From: Myxococcota bacterium
GTDB lineage: Bacteria; Myxococcota_A; UBA9160; UBA4427
NCBI GenBank assembly: GCA_036336835.1
Contig: JAYZFK010000002.1
Coordinates: 1 to 32,759, forward strand
Length of the DNA stretch: 32,759 bases
Direction of reading: 5' to 3'
Shown piece by piece: positions 31,859-32,759 of this stretch (the first letter of the stretch is position 1; the number at the start of each line of letters is the position of its first letter). The position numbers were made by a program, and so were the translations under genes. The notes beneath the pieces are model-generated. The model saw only the letters and a program-made list of their open reading frames with translations. It did no database searches and was not told the origin of the DNA.

Positions 31859-32555
31859 AGTGGCGTCGGCTGTAGAACAAGCCGATGCCGAGGCCTACTA
31901 CGACGAGCGCAGCGGTCGTCGGCTCGGGAGCCGTGACGCTGAGCTGGCCGAATTCGTAGGGGCAGTCGTTGCGCGGGAGGTTCCCGATGCAGCGGCCGCC
32001 TGTGCTGTCGGAGATGACGTCCAGACCATTTATCAGCACCACCGCGCGGACGTCGTAGAGACTGTCCCCTACGAGGTTCGCGTTGTTGGTCGTGAACGTG
32101 ATCGAGCCAAGCGTAACGGTTGTACCCGCCGCCGCGCCTGTTGCCAGCGTAGACTGGTCGAATTGCTCGATCAATGCAGTACCGGCGCCTTCGCTCACGA
32201 TCGTACCCGGTGTGATGGGAGCAAACTGATTCCCCATACCGGTCAGGTTGACCGCAGCGATTTCGTCGGCCGTTGTGACATTCAGCTCATCGCCGAAGTT
32301 CTCGTCGACTGTGAACGAGATGAACACGCCGTTCACCGTAGCGGCGCCGGCGTCGACGGTCAGAGTGATGTCGGCGATCAGCGTGACGCTGCTAGCGCCC
32401 GAGACGATCGCCGTCACCCCATTGACGATGGACACCGCAGGATTGCCAGCATCCCGCCATTCCAAGCCAATAGACGACAGTGCGGCTGCCGGTGAGGCAG
32501 CCAATAGTGTTATCAAACCAATTACAGAAAATGCAGAGACAGCTCTAGCCCTCAC
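31857..32555 (-). CDS. PEP-CTERM sorting domain surface protein
   Basis: GTG start after AAGGAGGT; signal peptide ending ASPAAA; C-terminus TAPEPTTAALVVVGLGIGLFYSRRH (PEP motif, TM helix, basic tail). Confidence 0.9.
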   Translation of the reverse strand: MRARAVSAFSVIGLITLLAASPAAALSSIGLEWRDAGNPAVSIVNGVTAIVSGASSVTLIADITLTVDAGAATVNGVFISFTVDENFGDELNVTTADEIAAVNLTGMGNQFAPITPGTIVSEGAGTALIEQFDQSTLATGAAAGTTVTLGSITFTTNNANLVGDSLYDVRAVVLINGLDVISDSTGGRCIGNLPRNDCPYEFGQLSVTAPEPTTAALVVVGLGIGLFYSRRH

Positions 32556-32605
32556 CCTTCTTGACCTCCTTCCCCGGAAACTTCAGATTGGGCACCCGAT
32601 GAGAA

Positions 32606-32622
32606 TGCAAGCCAGGGGCCAA
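32606..32622 (-). promoter_or_regulatory. Sigma-54 (-24/-12) promoter of the PEP-CTERM gene
   Basis: Minus strand reads TTGGC-CCCTGGC-TTGCA, an exact TGGC-N7-TTGC match about 50 nt upstream of the start codon. Sigma-54 sites are known upstream of PEP-CTERM genes. Confidence 0.72.
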
Positions 32623-32732
32623 ACGGAGAGCCAGGGGGAGGCCGGCGATTTCTTTCCCAATTCCAATGGATTGCGAATGCAAGAACGGAACGGCCCGCCG
32701 GCGATATCGCTCCGCGACAGAAACTCTTTTCC

Positions 32733-32759
32733 CAGGTTGGGCGATTGTTTTCCAACCTG
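32733..32759. repeat. 8-bp inverted repeat, candidate enhancer for the sigma-54 promoter
   Basis: CAGGTTGG-N11-CCAACCTG about 110-140 nt upstream of the -24 box; may extend beyond the window. Confidence 0.4.

Noticed and set aside
32552..32755. 67-aa minus-strand ORF upstream of the PEP-CTERM gene
   Set aside because: No motifs or codon bias, and it overlaps the RBS, sigma-54 site and palindromes; better read as non-coding.

Overview
Very GC-rich bacterial DNA; the gene content suggests a Myxococcota/deltaproteobacterial lineage (inference only). It has three blocks. (1) Positions 1-21342, minus strand: a tightly packed run of type II secretion genes gspC-D-E-F-G-H-I-J-K-L-M-N, followed by an ArsR-methyltransferase regulator, a HAD hydrolase, tldD, tldE/pmbA, an MBL-fold hydrolase, a HEAT-repeat protein, DoxX and a rhomboid-family gene that runs off the window edge. 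(2) Positions 21786-31806, plus strand: dnaK, hsp20, lon, an OmpA/MotB-like lipoprotein, glycerate kinase, an ABC1/UbiB kinase, a secreted hypothetical protein, a flavin reductase and a DsbA/FrnE protein. (3) Positions 31857-32555, minus strand: a PEP-CTERM surface protein preceded by a good sigma-54 promoter match. Most notable: an in-frame TGA at a normally Gly position near the end of gspE; a SPOR-like domain fused to the GspD secretin; a rhomboid with its catalytic His replaced by Asp; extra modules on the minor pseudopilins; a degenerate MshEN motif in GspE; and a perfect 18-bp inverted repeat between convergent genes. No rRNA, tRNA, CRISPR array or mobile element was seen. All family calls come from reading motifs by eye; no searches were run.
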